This document shows positions 8,569-17,629 of a DNA stretch of 64,000 nt, in pieces. Position 1 is the stretch's first letter, and the number at the start of each line of letters is the position of its first letter. The notes beneath the pieces are model-generated. The model did not search any database, had not been told where the DNA came from, and worked only from the letters and a program-made list of their open reading frames with translations. The translations under genes were made by a program, and so were the position numbers. Source of the stretch: Cyanobacteriota bacterium (lineage in GTDB: Bacteria; Cyanobacteriota; Cyanobacteriia; Thermostichales; Thermostichaceae); contig JANRIL010000019.1 in the NCBI GenBank assembly GCA_033764955.1, positions 116,098 through 180,097 on the forward strand. The letters run 5' to 3'.

Positions 8569-9534
8569 TTAAGCGGGGAAAAGGGTTTGGAGCACCTGAG
8601 CGGGCAAAATAGAGGTAATCTTTTGATCGGCAGCCCGCACCCAGCGATAGGGGCCTTGGGAGGGCAGGAGGCGATGGGGATCCGTTGGGCCAAAGAGAGC
8701 CAGCAAAGGGGTTTGGGTGGCAACGGCTAGGTGCATGGGGGCGCTATCGGTGCAGAGGAGCAGGGTGGCTCCGGCGATCATGCCCGTCAGTTGACTGATC
8801 TGGCGAGGACGGGTTAGGTAGAGATCCGGTTGCCGATCCAAAAAGGCTTGGGCTAGCTCCTGATCCTCAGGGCCAATCAACAGAACCATCGGCAGCTCAG
8901 GCCGTTTTTTCTGAAAGCCCTGCATGATCTCTAGCCAACGCTCCACCGGATAAATCTTTTGAATACCCTTGTTGATGGAGATCTGACTGGCTCCGGGATG
9001 GATCAACACATAATCAGACTTGTCGCCAAACAAACGCTGCCGCTCCTGTTCACACCAATCGAGAGCCGGCTTTTTGAGGCGAATTTGCGGTAGGGGAGTG
9101 GTGGTAGCCCCCGGAAATCCTTGCAGCAGATCCGCATACATACTCGCGGCATACTGCTCCTCTTTGAGGGGGACTGCATCCGTTAACCACGGACCTGTTG
9201 TTTGTCCATAGCCCACCCGCTTGGGGATCCCGGTCAACCAGAGCAGCAGCTTCAGCCCCCAGGAACGCCCTAGACTGACAACCCCGTCATATTGCCGCTC
9301 CCGAATCCGCCCCAAGAGATCGCTGAGATCCCCCAAAGACACCTGTTCCTTAAAGGCAAAGGTGAGGACACGATCCACGGAAGGACAGACCTCATAAGCC
9401 CCCGCCGCTCGTGGTTCCACCATCACCTCGATTTCCGCCTGGGGAAACCGTTGCCGCAGCCCCGCCAGTGTGGGAAAAAATAAGATCTGATCGCCGATTC
9501 CACCGGGAACAAGGGCTAAAATACGCTCGTGCAT
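8569..9534 (-). CDS. Glycosyltransferase family 9 (heptosyltransferase-like)
   Basis: GGIGDQIL, IHPGAS and DSAPMHLAVA...LFGPT motifs. Confidence 0.9.
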   Translation of the reverse strand: MHERILALVPGGIGDQILFFPTLAGLRQRFPQAEIEVMVEPRAAGAYEVCPSVDRVLTFAFKEQVSLGDLSDLLGRIRERQYDGVVSLGRSWGLKLLLWLTGIPKRVGYGQTTGPWLTDAVPLKEEQYAASMYADLLQGFPGATTTPLPQIRLKKPALDWCEQERQRLFGDKSDYVLIHPGASQISINKGIQKIYPVERWLEIMQGFQKKRPELPMVLLIGPEDQELAQAFLDRQPDLYLTRPRQISQLTGMIAGATLLLCTDSAPMHLAVATQTPLLALFGPTDPHRLLPSQGPYRWVRAADQKITSILPAQVLQTLFPA

Positions 9535-9748
9535 GGGGTTGACCTGCGTAAGAGAGATCAGGAACGTGGCCGAGGAACAGGACTTAGGCTAATTATGAGC
9601 TTAATTATGAATGGGATCAGGAATTAAGGATAATTAAACTGGCCGATTTCGCGGATGCTGAGTTAAGTATTTCTGCTGTGACGGCTGAATAACCTTAACT
9701 ATTGTAACGGCTTCAGTCCCTGGATCATCCTTATTCTCCCCAGTCTGC

Positions 9749-10897
9749 ATGGATTCTATTCCCCTTCTTGATCTCCGCCAGCAATACCAGGCGTTAGCCC
9801 CTGAGTTAGTTCCCCAGATTGAAGCCCTTTTGGCCTCTGGTTATTACATTGGTGGAACCGCCGTTCAACAGTTTGAGGAAGCGTTTGCTCAGTTTCTGGG
9901 ATCCGGATCCCCAACCCCTCTAGAAGTGATTGGCTGCAACTCCGGTACCGATGCCCTCTATTTGGCGCTACGGGGTCTGGGCATTCAAGCAGGGGATGAG
10001 GTGTTAACCAGCGCCTTTAGTTTTTTTGCCTCGACGGGGGTGATTTCTCAGGTGGGAGCACGCCCTGTCTTTATCGATATCAACCCGCAAACCTTTAATC
10101 TGGATCCGAGCCAGATTGCTCGCCACATTACCCCCCGCACCAAGGCGATCATTCCCGTGCATTTGTTTGGGCAGCCCCTCGATATGACGGCTGTGATGGC
10201 GATTGCCCGCCAGCATCAATTAGCAGTGATTGAAGACTGCGCCCAAGCGGTGGGAGCCTGCTGGGCTGGTCAAACGGTGGGCACGTTTGGGGAGGTGGGC
10301 TGTTTTAGTTTCTTCCCCACCAAAAACTTGGGGGCGGCGGGAGATGCCGGAGCAATGGTCGTCCGGGATCCCCATCTTGCAAAAACTCTGCGGATCCTCA
10401 AAGATCACGGCCAAAGCCAGCAATATCGCCATGAGGTGGTGGGCATCAACAGTCGTCTGGATGCGCTGCAAGCCGTCATTTTATCGGTCAAATTGCGCCA
10501 TCTGCGGGAGTGGAATGGGCGACGCCGCAGTTTAGCCGACAGCTATACCCACCTGCTGCATGGGATCCCTGATCTCCTTCTCCCCAGCGCCATTGTAGGG
10601 GGAAATAGCGTCTGGCATCAGTACACGGTACGCATTTTGGGGGATCCGACTCGGCGGCGGGATCGGGTACGCGACTATCTACAACGCATCGGCATCAGCA
10701 GTCGCATTTATTATCCGGTTCCTCTGCACTTACAGGCGGTTTATCACCCCTTGGGCTATCAAGTGGGGGACTATCCAGAAGCGGAAAGGACAGCTCAGCA
10801 AGTGTTGTCATTGCCCTTTTTCCCAGAGCTAACCTTGGCTCAGCAAAAACGGGTGGCTAGTGGGTTAGCCAGCGCGATGCAAGCGACTACCACCTAG
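9749..10897 (+). CDS. DegT/DnrJ/EryC1/StrS PLP-dependent sugar aminotransferase
   Basis: NSGTDAL, EDCAQA, SFFPTKNLG (PLP lysine), NSRLD. Confidence 0.93.
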   Translation: MDSIPLLDLRQQYQALAPELVPQIEALLASGYYIGGTAVQQFEEAFAQFLGSGSPTPLEVIGCNSGTDALYLALRGLGIQAGDEVLTSAFSFFASTGVISQVGARPVFIDINPQTFNLDPSQIARHITPRTKAIIPVHLFGQPLDMTAVMAIARQHQLAVIEDCAQAVGACWAGQTVGTFGEVGCFSFFPTKNLGAAGDAGAMVVRDPHLAKTLRILKDHGQSQQYRHEVVGINSRLDALQAVILSVKLRHLREWNGRRRSLADSYTHLLHGIPDLLLPSAIVGGNSVWHQYTVRILGDPTRRRDRVRDYLQRIGISSRIYYPVPLHLQAVYHPLGYQVGDYPEAERTAQQVLSLPFFPELTLAQQKRVASGLASAMQATTT

Positions 10898-10904
10898 CTT
10901 GTCT

Positions 10905-11001
10905 GCCTAACGCCCTGCCGCTCAGCCGCGAGCGGCGGGCGCGGCTGAGAGAAGGAGTCTAATGCAACTCGCCGCTTGTCGGCTGCAGCGGCTGGTTAGG
11001 C
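10905..11001 (-). repeat. Solitary attC-like site
   Basis: Minus strand reads GCCTAAC-CAGCC-GCT[G]CAGCCG[A]C...GCGGCTGAGC-GGCAGGGC-GTTAGGC. RYYYAAC/GTTRRRY ends are perfectly complementary; 97 bp. Confidence 0.8.
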
Positions 11002-11290
11002 AGGGCGAGGCTACAGACTAAGCTCGACCCGCAGGGCTACACCGAAGGCTATATTGATGCCACTATTTGTGACATTTTCTCTGCGTTTTGCCACAAAACC
11101 CCCTTTCTGAAAAATCGGGGGTGGTAGCTGAGCGGTGGTTTTGTTATCCTGTCGCTAACACTTGCTCATCGTGCCCTCAAACCCTCACCTTGAGAGGCAT
11201 ACAGCAAATTTCATCAGCGTTGGGTAGAGTGTCTTCCCCCGTTGATTGTGCGTTAAATGGCAGGCAATTTCAGGCTTGGAGAAAAGCGCC

Positions 11291-12052
11291 ATGTTTACCC
11301 TCATCTGGACAAAAAAGTATTCCCGAATGACCGAGCGGCTGAAAAGCTTGGAGGCAACCCGTGAAGAGCATGTTTTTTCTCCCGATCTGAGTGCCCAGAC
11401 TTTAGAAGTGGCTCCTGACTTTTGGCAACGCCAGCAGCAAGCCTTCAGCTATGTCAATCAGCAGATTCAAAAGGTCAATCGCCGTACCCGTGTCTGGGGG
11501 ACGATGGCGCTTATGGCTATCTTGGCGGATGCCACCCTATTTGTCGGGGGGTTGATGGCCTTTCAAGCTTTTCAACAATATCAAGCGAATAACTCCCTGC
11601 AACGGTTAGCCCAGGGGGACAAAGCCACCGATCCCATTCAAAAAACGATTGATGAAATTTTTGAGCAGCTCCCTCACATGGATCCCACTCAGCGGATTCA
11701 GGCTCTGCAACAACTGGAGCTACTCACTCAGGCTAGTCAATATTCCGACATTCCCACTTACGGATCCTCGGTATTCACGACAGGGGCGGTGGCACTCTCT
11801 CCCTTAGAGATGCAGCTCCAGGCGATTAGTCAATTGGGGGATCGACGCACCCTAGAAGCCGTTCCCGCCCTCCTGACCAAGCTAAGCGATGGAGAGGCTA
11901 ATATTCGGGCGGCGGCGGCGCAAGCCCTTGGCAATATCGGGGATCTGCGGGCACTGCAAAGCCTACATCAGCGTCTCTTGAATGAAAAGAATGAAATGGT
12001 CAGGCAGTCTTTGATCTATGCCGCAGCTCAGTTAAAAATGAATGGGTCATAG
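11291..12052 (+). CDS. Membrane-anchored HEAT-repeat (PBS lyase-like) protein
   Basis: One TM segment followed by HEAT repeats (AISQLGD...AVPALL...IRAAAAQALGNIGD). Confidence 0.7.
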   Translation: MFTLIWTKKYSRMTERLKSLEATREEHVFSPDLSAQTLEVAPDFWQRQQQAFSYVNQQIQKVNRRTRVWGTMALMAILADATLFVGGLMAFQAFQQYQANNSLQRLAQGDKATDPIQKTIDEIFEQLPHMDPTQRIQALQQLELLTQASQYSDIPTYGSSVFTTGAVALSPLEMQLQAISQLGDRRTLEAVPALLTKLSDGEANIRAAAAQALGNIGDLRALQSLHQRLLNEKNEMVRQSLIYAAAQLKMNGS

Positions 12053-12109
12053 CGGTCAGTCTGACCTGCTCAGAAAGGTTGCACGATATTTGGGTGGTGG
12101 TGTTTGGTT

Positions 12110-13015
12110 ATGAAACGCAAGCAAGGATTATCCAGGGCATCCTGGCTTAGCCTATCTTTGATCGGGCTATTGTGGGGTTGGGGGGAGGTGAGTTGGGCTA
12201 AGGATCCCTTCCGCACGGGGTCAGAGGCTCGTGAGATGAGCGCCGAAGTAGCGGCGGCGTTTGAAGAGTTTTTTTGTGCGGGCAACTATAGCGATAGTCG
12301 CGGCAAGCTGATGGCAGCCCAGCAGGCTTCCCCCGATGAACCCATGGTCTATGCTCTCTTGGCTGCCTTGGCCTATTTGGATGGGGACTACGAGGCATTA
12401 GCCCGCCTCTCTAGCGAAACCCGTCAGGTTGCCACCCGACTCAAAAGTACGGATCCCTTGCGGGGCAATCTTTATGAGGGGGTGGGGTATGGTCTGGAGG
12501 CTGCTAATGTGGTGATTCAAGATGGGGTAGTGTTGGGGCTACCGAAGGCGTTGCCCACCCTTAATCAGTTGTTTGGCTCGATTCGTGCCGCGCAAGCTGT
12601 GGATGCTGAGGATCCCGAACTGAACCTGATCAATGGGTATATGGATCTTCTACTCACCTATCGGGATAAAGCCCTCACGCAGTTTCAAAAGTCTGCTCCT
12701 GAATATATGGCCTATCGGGGTCAAGCCCTCGCCTACCGTGATTTAGAAAAATATCCCGAAGCTCTGGCGGCGGTCGATCAGGCTATCGCTGCCTCCTGTG
12801 AGAATCCTGAACTGTATTATCTGAAGGCGCAAATTTTGGTAACCCAGGGCCAAGATGCGGCGGCAGTGCCTCTGTTTGACCAAGCCCTAGCGGGATCCCA
12901 ACAACTCCCCCAGCCCTTGACCATTCAAATTCAACTGGAGCGGGATCGAGCTGCCCAACGCAGTGCCGAAACCACTGGATCCCTGCCTCCTCCCACCCCG
13001 ACACCTTCTCCTTAG
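12110..13015 (+). CDS. Secreted TPR protein (Sll0314/Alr1548-like)
   Basis: Signal peptide ending SWA-KDPFR; DPLRGNLY and DPELNLI motifs; TPR helices. Confidence 0.75.
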   Translation: MKRKQGLSRASWLSLSLIGLLWGWGEVSWAKDPFRTGSEAREMSAEVAAAFEEFFCAGNYSDSRGKLMAAQQASPDEPMVYALLAALAYLDGDYEALARLSSETRQVATRLKSTDPLRGNLYEGVGYGLEAANVVIQDGVVLGLPKALPTLNQLFGSIRAAQAVDAEDPELNLINGYMDLLLTYRDKALTQFQKSAPEYMAYRGQALAYRDLEKYPEALAAVDQAIAASCENPELYYLKAQILVTQGQDAAAVPLFDQALAGSQQLPQPLTIQIQLERDRAAQRSAETTGSLPPPTPTPSP

Positions 13016-13023
13016 CCCTGAAT

Positions 13024-13470
13024 TTATCCGCGAGCCGCTAGCACCTGCAAATCTTCCTCATCCAACTCAACGGGAGTACCGCTGCGAATTAACTCAGCAA
13101 AATCTTCGTTGGGGATCATAATACAGAGAGCATACAAGCGGCCTGCCCCCGTATTTTGGATCTCATGGATGCCTGTGGCAGGAACCAACAAGCTATCTCC
13201 TGCTCGAATAGGAACGGCTTTCCCATCACAAATAGCGATCCCTTCCCCCTTTAGCACGAAAAACATCTCAACAGCCAACTGATGCCGATTGGGAGGAGTT
13301 TTTCCCCCTTCGTCGAAGATCTCAACGCAAAAAGTCAGGGAAACATTGGCACTGGTTTGATCAAAGACAATCGCCAGACGGTTGCTGTCATGGGGGCTAA
13401 TGCGAAAGGCTTGATAATCTTTGGGGGATTTGAGGAGGGGAATCACACAGCGGGTGGCAGTTTCCATCAT
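13024..13470 (-). CDS. Cupin domain protein
   Basis: Cupin motifs GGKTPPNRH..AVEMFFVLKGEG and GDSLLVPATGIHEIQN. Confidence 0.85.
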   Translation of the reverse strand: MMETATRCVIPLLKSPKDYQAFRISPHDSNRLAIVFDQTSANVSLTFCVEIFDEGGKTPPNRHQLAVEMFFVLKGEGIAICDGKAVPIRAGDSLLVPATGIHEIQNTGAGRLYALCIMIPNEDFAELIRSGTPVELDEEDLQVLAARG

Positions 13471-13544
13471 AGGGATCCTCGGTCAATAGTCATGGATTGG
13501 GCTATGCGGTTCTATCCGGTCGGGTCGATGGGGGCTGGGTCTGG

Positions 13545-14351
13545 TTAAGCTAGGGCAGCCAATAAATCATCAGAGGTGGCAACAAACCCAAAGCATTGGT
13601 TGACGTTGTAAAAAGTGGCCTTCAAACAGTAGTCGGGCGAGGTGGTGGCTGTGGCGTCGGAGAGCAAAATGCAGTCGTAGCCGAGAAAGTTGGCATCTTG
13701 TAGGGTGGCTATCACACATTGATCGGCATTCACCCCAGCAAAAAAGAGGCTGGTGCGTCCCAAGTTACGCAGGATACTGTCGAGGGGGGTATCCCAAAAA
13801 CCGCTCATGCGATATTTATCCACAAAAAAATCACTGGCATCCGTTGCCAATTCCTCAACGATGGCTGCCGCCCAACTGCCTTTGGTAAGCACCGGAGCCT
13901 GCCGTTCCGGCAGCAGATCCCCCAAACCAATGCCTTGTCCGGTTGGGTTATAGACATGCAGCAATCCGGCACTGATGTTGAGTAAGTCCGGGCGGTTGCC
14001 CCAGTTCACCCAAATGATTGGTACCTGTTGCTGACGGAGGATGGGGAGCAGTTTTTGCAGAGGGGAAATGGGATCCCTGGCAGGGCTAACATCCACACCA
14101 ATACCCGCCAGCCAACCCTGGGGATGGCAGAAATCGTTTTGCATATCTATTACCAGGAGAGCCGCCTTGGCCAGATCCAACTTAAGGGTTTTGCTGCGGG
14201 TGGGCAGAAGCATCGGGCGGGGAGGAAGGGGGGGGCGCGTGATATCGGCTACCTCACCATTCACCCACCAGGCATTGGGATCCCGGCCTAGTTTTTGCAA
14301 GCTTAGTCCGTCAAAAACTGTCAGATTGAGGGGGCGAGAAGCTACGTTCAT
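13545..14351 (-). CDS. Isochorismatase-family cysteine hydrolase
   Basis: D-K-C triad motifs VIDMQNDF, DKYRMSGF and GVNADQCV. Confidence 0.88.
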   Translation of the reverse strand: MNVASRPLNLTVFDGLSLQKLGRDPNAWWVNGEVADITRPPLPPRPMLLPTRSKTLKLDLAKAALLVIDMQNDFCHPQGWLAGIGVDVSPARDPISPLQKLLPILRQQQVPIIWVNWGNRPDLLNISAGLLHVYNPTGQGIGLGDLLPERQAPVLTKGSWAAAIVEELATDASDFFVDKYRMSGFWDTPLDSILRNLGRTSLFFAGVNADQCVIATLQDANFLGYDCILLSDATATTSPDYCLKATFYNVNQCFGFVATSDDLLAALA

Positions 14352-14546
14352 AGGCTGCTAGGTTCGCAAGACAACCCACATCCTAATCTACGCTTTGCTG
14401 GCCGATGGGATAGCAAAACACAGATTGATGATTTTGCCAAAGAAGTTGGTAACGCAATCCCCACAACACCGTTTAGAATGGCCAGCAGGTTCTGGAACCC
14501 TCTCTCCTTGCCTGCGTCAGCACTAAATATGTGTTGTAGGTTCATT

Positions 14547-15188
14547 ATGACGAATTCTCCCTCTTGGCTAGGGCTATCTGCCTGGCGGACGATGGCTCCG
14601 CTACTAGTTGGTATGCTGAGCGGATCCCTAGTTGCCTATGCTCCTGCCTGGGGGATCCCTGGGCAATCTACCGATGCCACTCTGGCCTGGATCCGAGAAA
14701 ATCCTTATTTGCAAGCCAAGCCGAGCGATCAATACTCCGTCAACCGCACCGAGCCAGATGGATCGCGATTTACCTTTTTGGCTTCGGTAGCCCCCCCCGG
14801 ACGGGTGATTGCTCCCGCCGATAAAGAGACGATTCGTTCAGAGCGCATGACCTTTTTTAGACCAAATGGGTTGGATGCCGAGCAACTCAATCAAGCTATC
14901 CGTGATTTGTATGGCCCCGAAATTGCGGCGGATTTAGATCAAGCGGTGGAGGTGGTTCGTTATCCCTCGCTGGACGTGCTCAATCAACCCCCCTCTGGTA
15001 ATAATCTGCAACAGGCGATTCAAGGGGTTATCCGCCAGGGACAACAGCTCACCTACTGGTTAGAACTCACTCAAAATCCCGATGGAACGGTGCAACAGGG
15101 TCAGGTGGTGGTTTTCGAGGCGGAGTGGCTGGACAAAGTGAAGGGGGAATTGGCCGCCCGCACCACTCTCACCGTCACTCAACCCTAA
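14547..15188 (+). CDS. Hypothetical exported protein
   Basis: Signal peptide-like N-terminus ending PAWG-IPGQ; long open frame. Confidence 0.65.
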   Translation: MTNSPSWLGLSAWRTMAPLLVGMLSGSLVAYAPAWGIPGQSTDATLAWIRENPYLQAKPSDQYSVNRTEPDGSRFTFLASVAPPGRVIAPADKETIRSERMTFFRPNGLDAEQLNQAIRDLYGPEIAADLDQAVEVVRYPSLDVLNQPPSGNNLQQAIQGVIRQGQQLTYWLELTQNPDGTVQQGQVVVFEAEWLDKVKGELAARTTLTVTQP

Positions 15189-15274
15189 CCCTGGGCAACA
15201 GGCGCGCTCCCTAGGGATCCCCCTTGGTGGCGAGGATCCCACTGCTACCCTAAGCCGCGACCCCTAAGCCCGGA

Positions 15275-15973
15275 TTAGGCCAGATCAAACAGGAGAATTT
15301 CGCTGCCGACATCGCTGCTGATGCTCAGGGATCCCTCTTGAATCAGCGCCATCGCATCCCCCTCCCGCAGTTCCACCCCGTTCAAGCGGACAATCCCTTG
15401 CGCGACGTGCAGCCAGCCATAGCGTCGGTTGGCAAGCTGATAATCCAGTTGTTCCCCAGCCGCCAAGCGTCCGGCGTAAAGAGCGACATCCTGATGAATT
15501 GTGACCACTCCCCCTTGTCCTTCGGGGGCGGCGATCAGTTTGAGTTGGCTGGGTTGATCCGCCCAGTCGATGGTTTTTTGTTCATAGCTGGGGGCTAGCC
15601 CTTCTTTTTCGGGCAAGATCCAGATCTGCAAAAGATGCACCGGATCGGAGGGAGAAGGGTTGAACTCGCTGTGCTGGATGCCTGTGCCCGCGCTCATCCG
15701 TTGAATTTCTCCGGGGCGGATGATCGAGCCATTCCCCAGACTGTCTTTATGTTCCAGGGATCCGGACAAAACATAGGTGACAATCTCCATGTCGCGGTGA
15801 CTATGGGTAGGAAAACCCGCTCCAGGGGCTACCCGGTCATCATTGATCACCCGCAAAGCCCGAAACCCCATGTGTTTGGGATCGTAATAGCTACCAAAGG
15901 AAAAGGTGTGATAGGTATTCAGCCAACCAAAGTCTAAATGGCCCCGATCATGTCGGCTGCGTAGCGTCATCAT
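15275..15973 (-). CDS. Pirin family protein (YhhW-like)
   Basis: HTFSF..YYDP, LRVINDD, GFPTHSHRDMEI, MSAGTGIQHSE. Confidence 0.93.
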   Translation of the reverse strand: MMTLRSRHDRGHLDFGWLNTYHTFSFGSYYDPKHMGFRALRVINDDRVAPGAGFPTHSHRDMEIVTYVLSGSLEHKDSLGNGSIIRPGEIQRMSAGTGIQHSEFNPSPSDPVHLLQIWILPEKEGLAPSYEQKTIDWADQPSQLKLIAAPEGQGGVVTIHQDVALYAGRLAAGEQLDYQLANRRYGWLHVAQGIVRLNGVELREGDAMALIQEGSLSISSDVGSEILLFDLA

Positions 15974-16154
15974 AACCCGATCGATCCTCCTTAAGTTGAT
16001 AATCTTATCCTAGATTGTTTGAATTATGACTGTCAATGCCATCAGCAACCTCTGTGATTATCCACCCATCTAATGCCATTCCCAGGGATCCCTAAGTGGC
16101 TGGGCTTGGAGATGGTTAAACTAAGGCAACGGAGTCAAACGGAGAGAAACCCAA

Positions 16155-16847
16155 TTACGCCTGCACCTGGCTAATCTCCACAATTTCACCCGCCGCATCC
16201 CGCACCCAAAAGGTGAGGGGTTTCTCAGAACGGACACTGTGGGTAATCCGTTGTTTAATCACATATTGCAACAACGCTTTGATGGTGTCGCGGTCATAGC
16301 TGGTATGACGGAAGCGGGAGGTAGGGGATCCGCTGGGGCGCGGGTAGGGGGATCCCACGGATCCCACCGATCCATAGGGGCTGCCTAAGCCACTGCTCAT
16401 GCTAGAGACCACGCTGCTATTGGCACGGTCGTTATCGGGGGAACCTGGAATGACGTGAAGTTGGGCATTGTCCGAAAGTTGATACCACAGCCCTGGCGTA
16501 TCGGGGGGAGCGGTCGTGACGCTGCGGGGGGAGGTATAGTCTATGCGCCGTCCTGACAAATCAGCCGGGAAGTAGGGAGCATCAAAAGAGGATCCCATCA
16601 AGCCCTGTTCATAACCGTAGTAGTATTGCAGGGGTAGCTCCGCCTCTGACATTTTGAGGTGCTCTTCATAAAACTTGCGGGCACGCTCCAGATCGGGCAC
16701 CATCACCGTATGCACCCGTGGCGCTCCACTGAGAAATGTCCACATCGCCCCCCCATAAGCCGAGAGCAATAAAAACATCAATCCTTTGGTGGAAAGCAAA
16801 ACGCCAATGGGGATGAGAGGAAGCAGGATCGCAACAGGGGTGAGCAT
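16155..16847 (-). CDS. Glyoxalase/VOC-like protein with N-terminal membrane anchor
   Basis: VHTVMVPDLERARKFYE, GLWYQL..NAQLHVI, WVRDAAGEIVEI; contains a Ser/Gly/Pro-rich stretch. Confidence 0.7.
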   Translation of the reverse strand: MLTPVAILLPLIPIGVLLSTKGLMFLLLSAYGGAMWTFLSGAPRVHTVMVPDLERARKFYEEHLKMSEAELPLQYYYGYEQGLMGSSFDAPYFPADLSGRRIDYTSPRSVTTAPPDTPGLWYQLSDNAQLHVIPGSPDNDRANSSVVSSMSSGLGSPYGSVGSVGSPYPRPSGSPTSRFRHTSYDRDTIKALLQYVIKQRITHSVRSEKPLTFWVRDAAGEIVEISQVQA

Positions 16848-16953
16848 CGTTTCAGATTAGGAAAGCACCTTTCTTTATAGTTTGGCATACTCATTCCCTT
16901 TTGCTTGAGCTTTGACGTTGCTGACAACGTTGGGGTAATATAGCAACCTTTAG

Positions 16954-17550
16954 ATGGGGCATGGACGCGTGAGTGGGATTACGCTAGCATCTCAAACTCA
17001 AGCCGCTTGGATTGAACAGGCGGTGGGTCACATTGACATCATTTTGATAGATCATGCCAATTGTGAGAAAAAAGCAGCCGGAAATGCCCTCAGCTTACTG
17101 TTCCGTTATCCCGAATATCCCTCCTTAAACGCCGCTCTTTCTCCCCTAGCGCGTGAAGAGCTACAGCACTTTGAAAAGGTCAATCGCCATCTGGAACGCT
17201 TAGGGATCCCGATGAAACGGCTGACTCCTGCCCCTTATGCCAGTCAGTTAGCCAAACAGATGAAACGGCAGGAACCCGACTATTTGTTGGATTCGTTGCT
17301 AACGGCAGCCGTGATTGAAGCCCGCAGTCATGAGCGCCTCAGTTTGTTAGGGATCCATTGCCTGGACGCCGAACTTCGAGATTTTTATGCCTGGTTGAGT
17401 GTTGCCGAAGAACGACACTTACGCTTATATCTTGACCTCGCCTTAGAATACTTTTCCGGTCAGCAGGTCGAGCAACGGCTAGCAGAATGGCTGACTTTTG
17501 AAGCAGGCATCTTAGAACATTTGTATTCTCAACCGCGTGTGCATAGCTGA
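16954..17550 (+). CDS. miaE: tRNA-(ms2io6A) hydroxylase MiaE
   Basis: Di-iron motifs DHANCEKKAA, EELQHF, IEARSHER, EERH. Confidence 0.88.
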   Translation: MGHGRVSGITLASQTQAAWIEQAVGHIDIILIDHANCEKKAAGNALSLLFRYPEYPSLNAALSPLAREELQHFEKVNRHLERLGIPMKRLTPAPYASQLAKQMKRQEPDYLLDSLLTAAVIEARSHERLSLLGIHCLDAELRDFYAWLSVAEERHLRLYLDLALEYFSGQQVEQRLAEWLTFEAGILEHLYSQPRVHS

Positions 17551-17629
17551 ATAGCTAAATAAAACACCAGACAAAAAACCTAGCTTGCCATCAACCGTCC
17601 TTACTTTTATTTTCAGATCCCAATAGCTT

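Noticed and set aside
6808..11001. A single contiguous integron cassette array
   Set aside because: The GT9 and degT genes between the two attC-like sites are divergent, host-like and GGGATCCC-rich; no intI or attI in the window.
11008..11024. AGGCTACAGAC..AGCT also found near 63556
   Set aside because: An 11-mer match is expected by chance in 64 kb, and the flanks are not shared.
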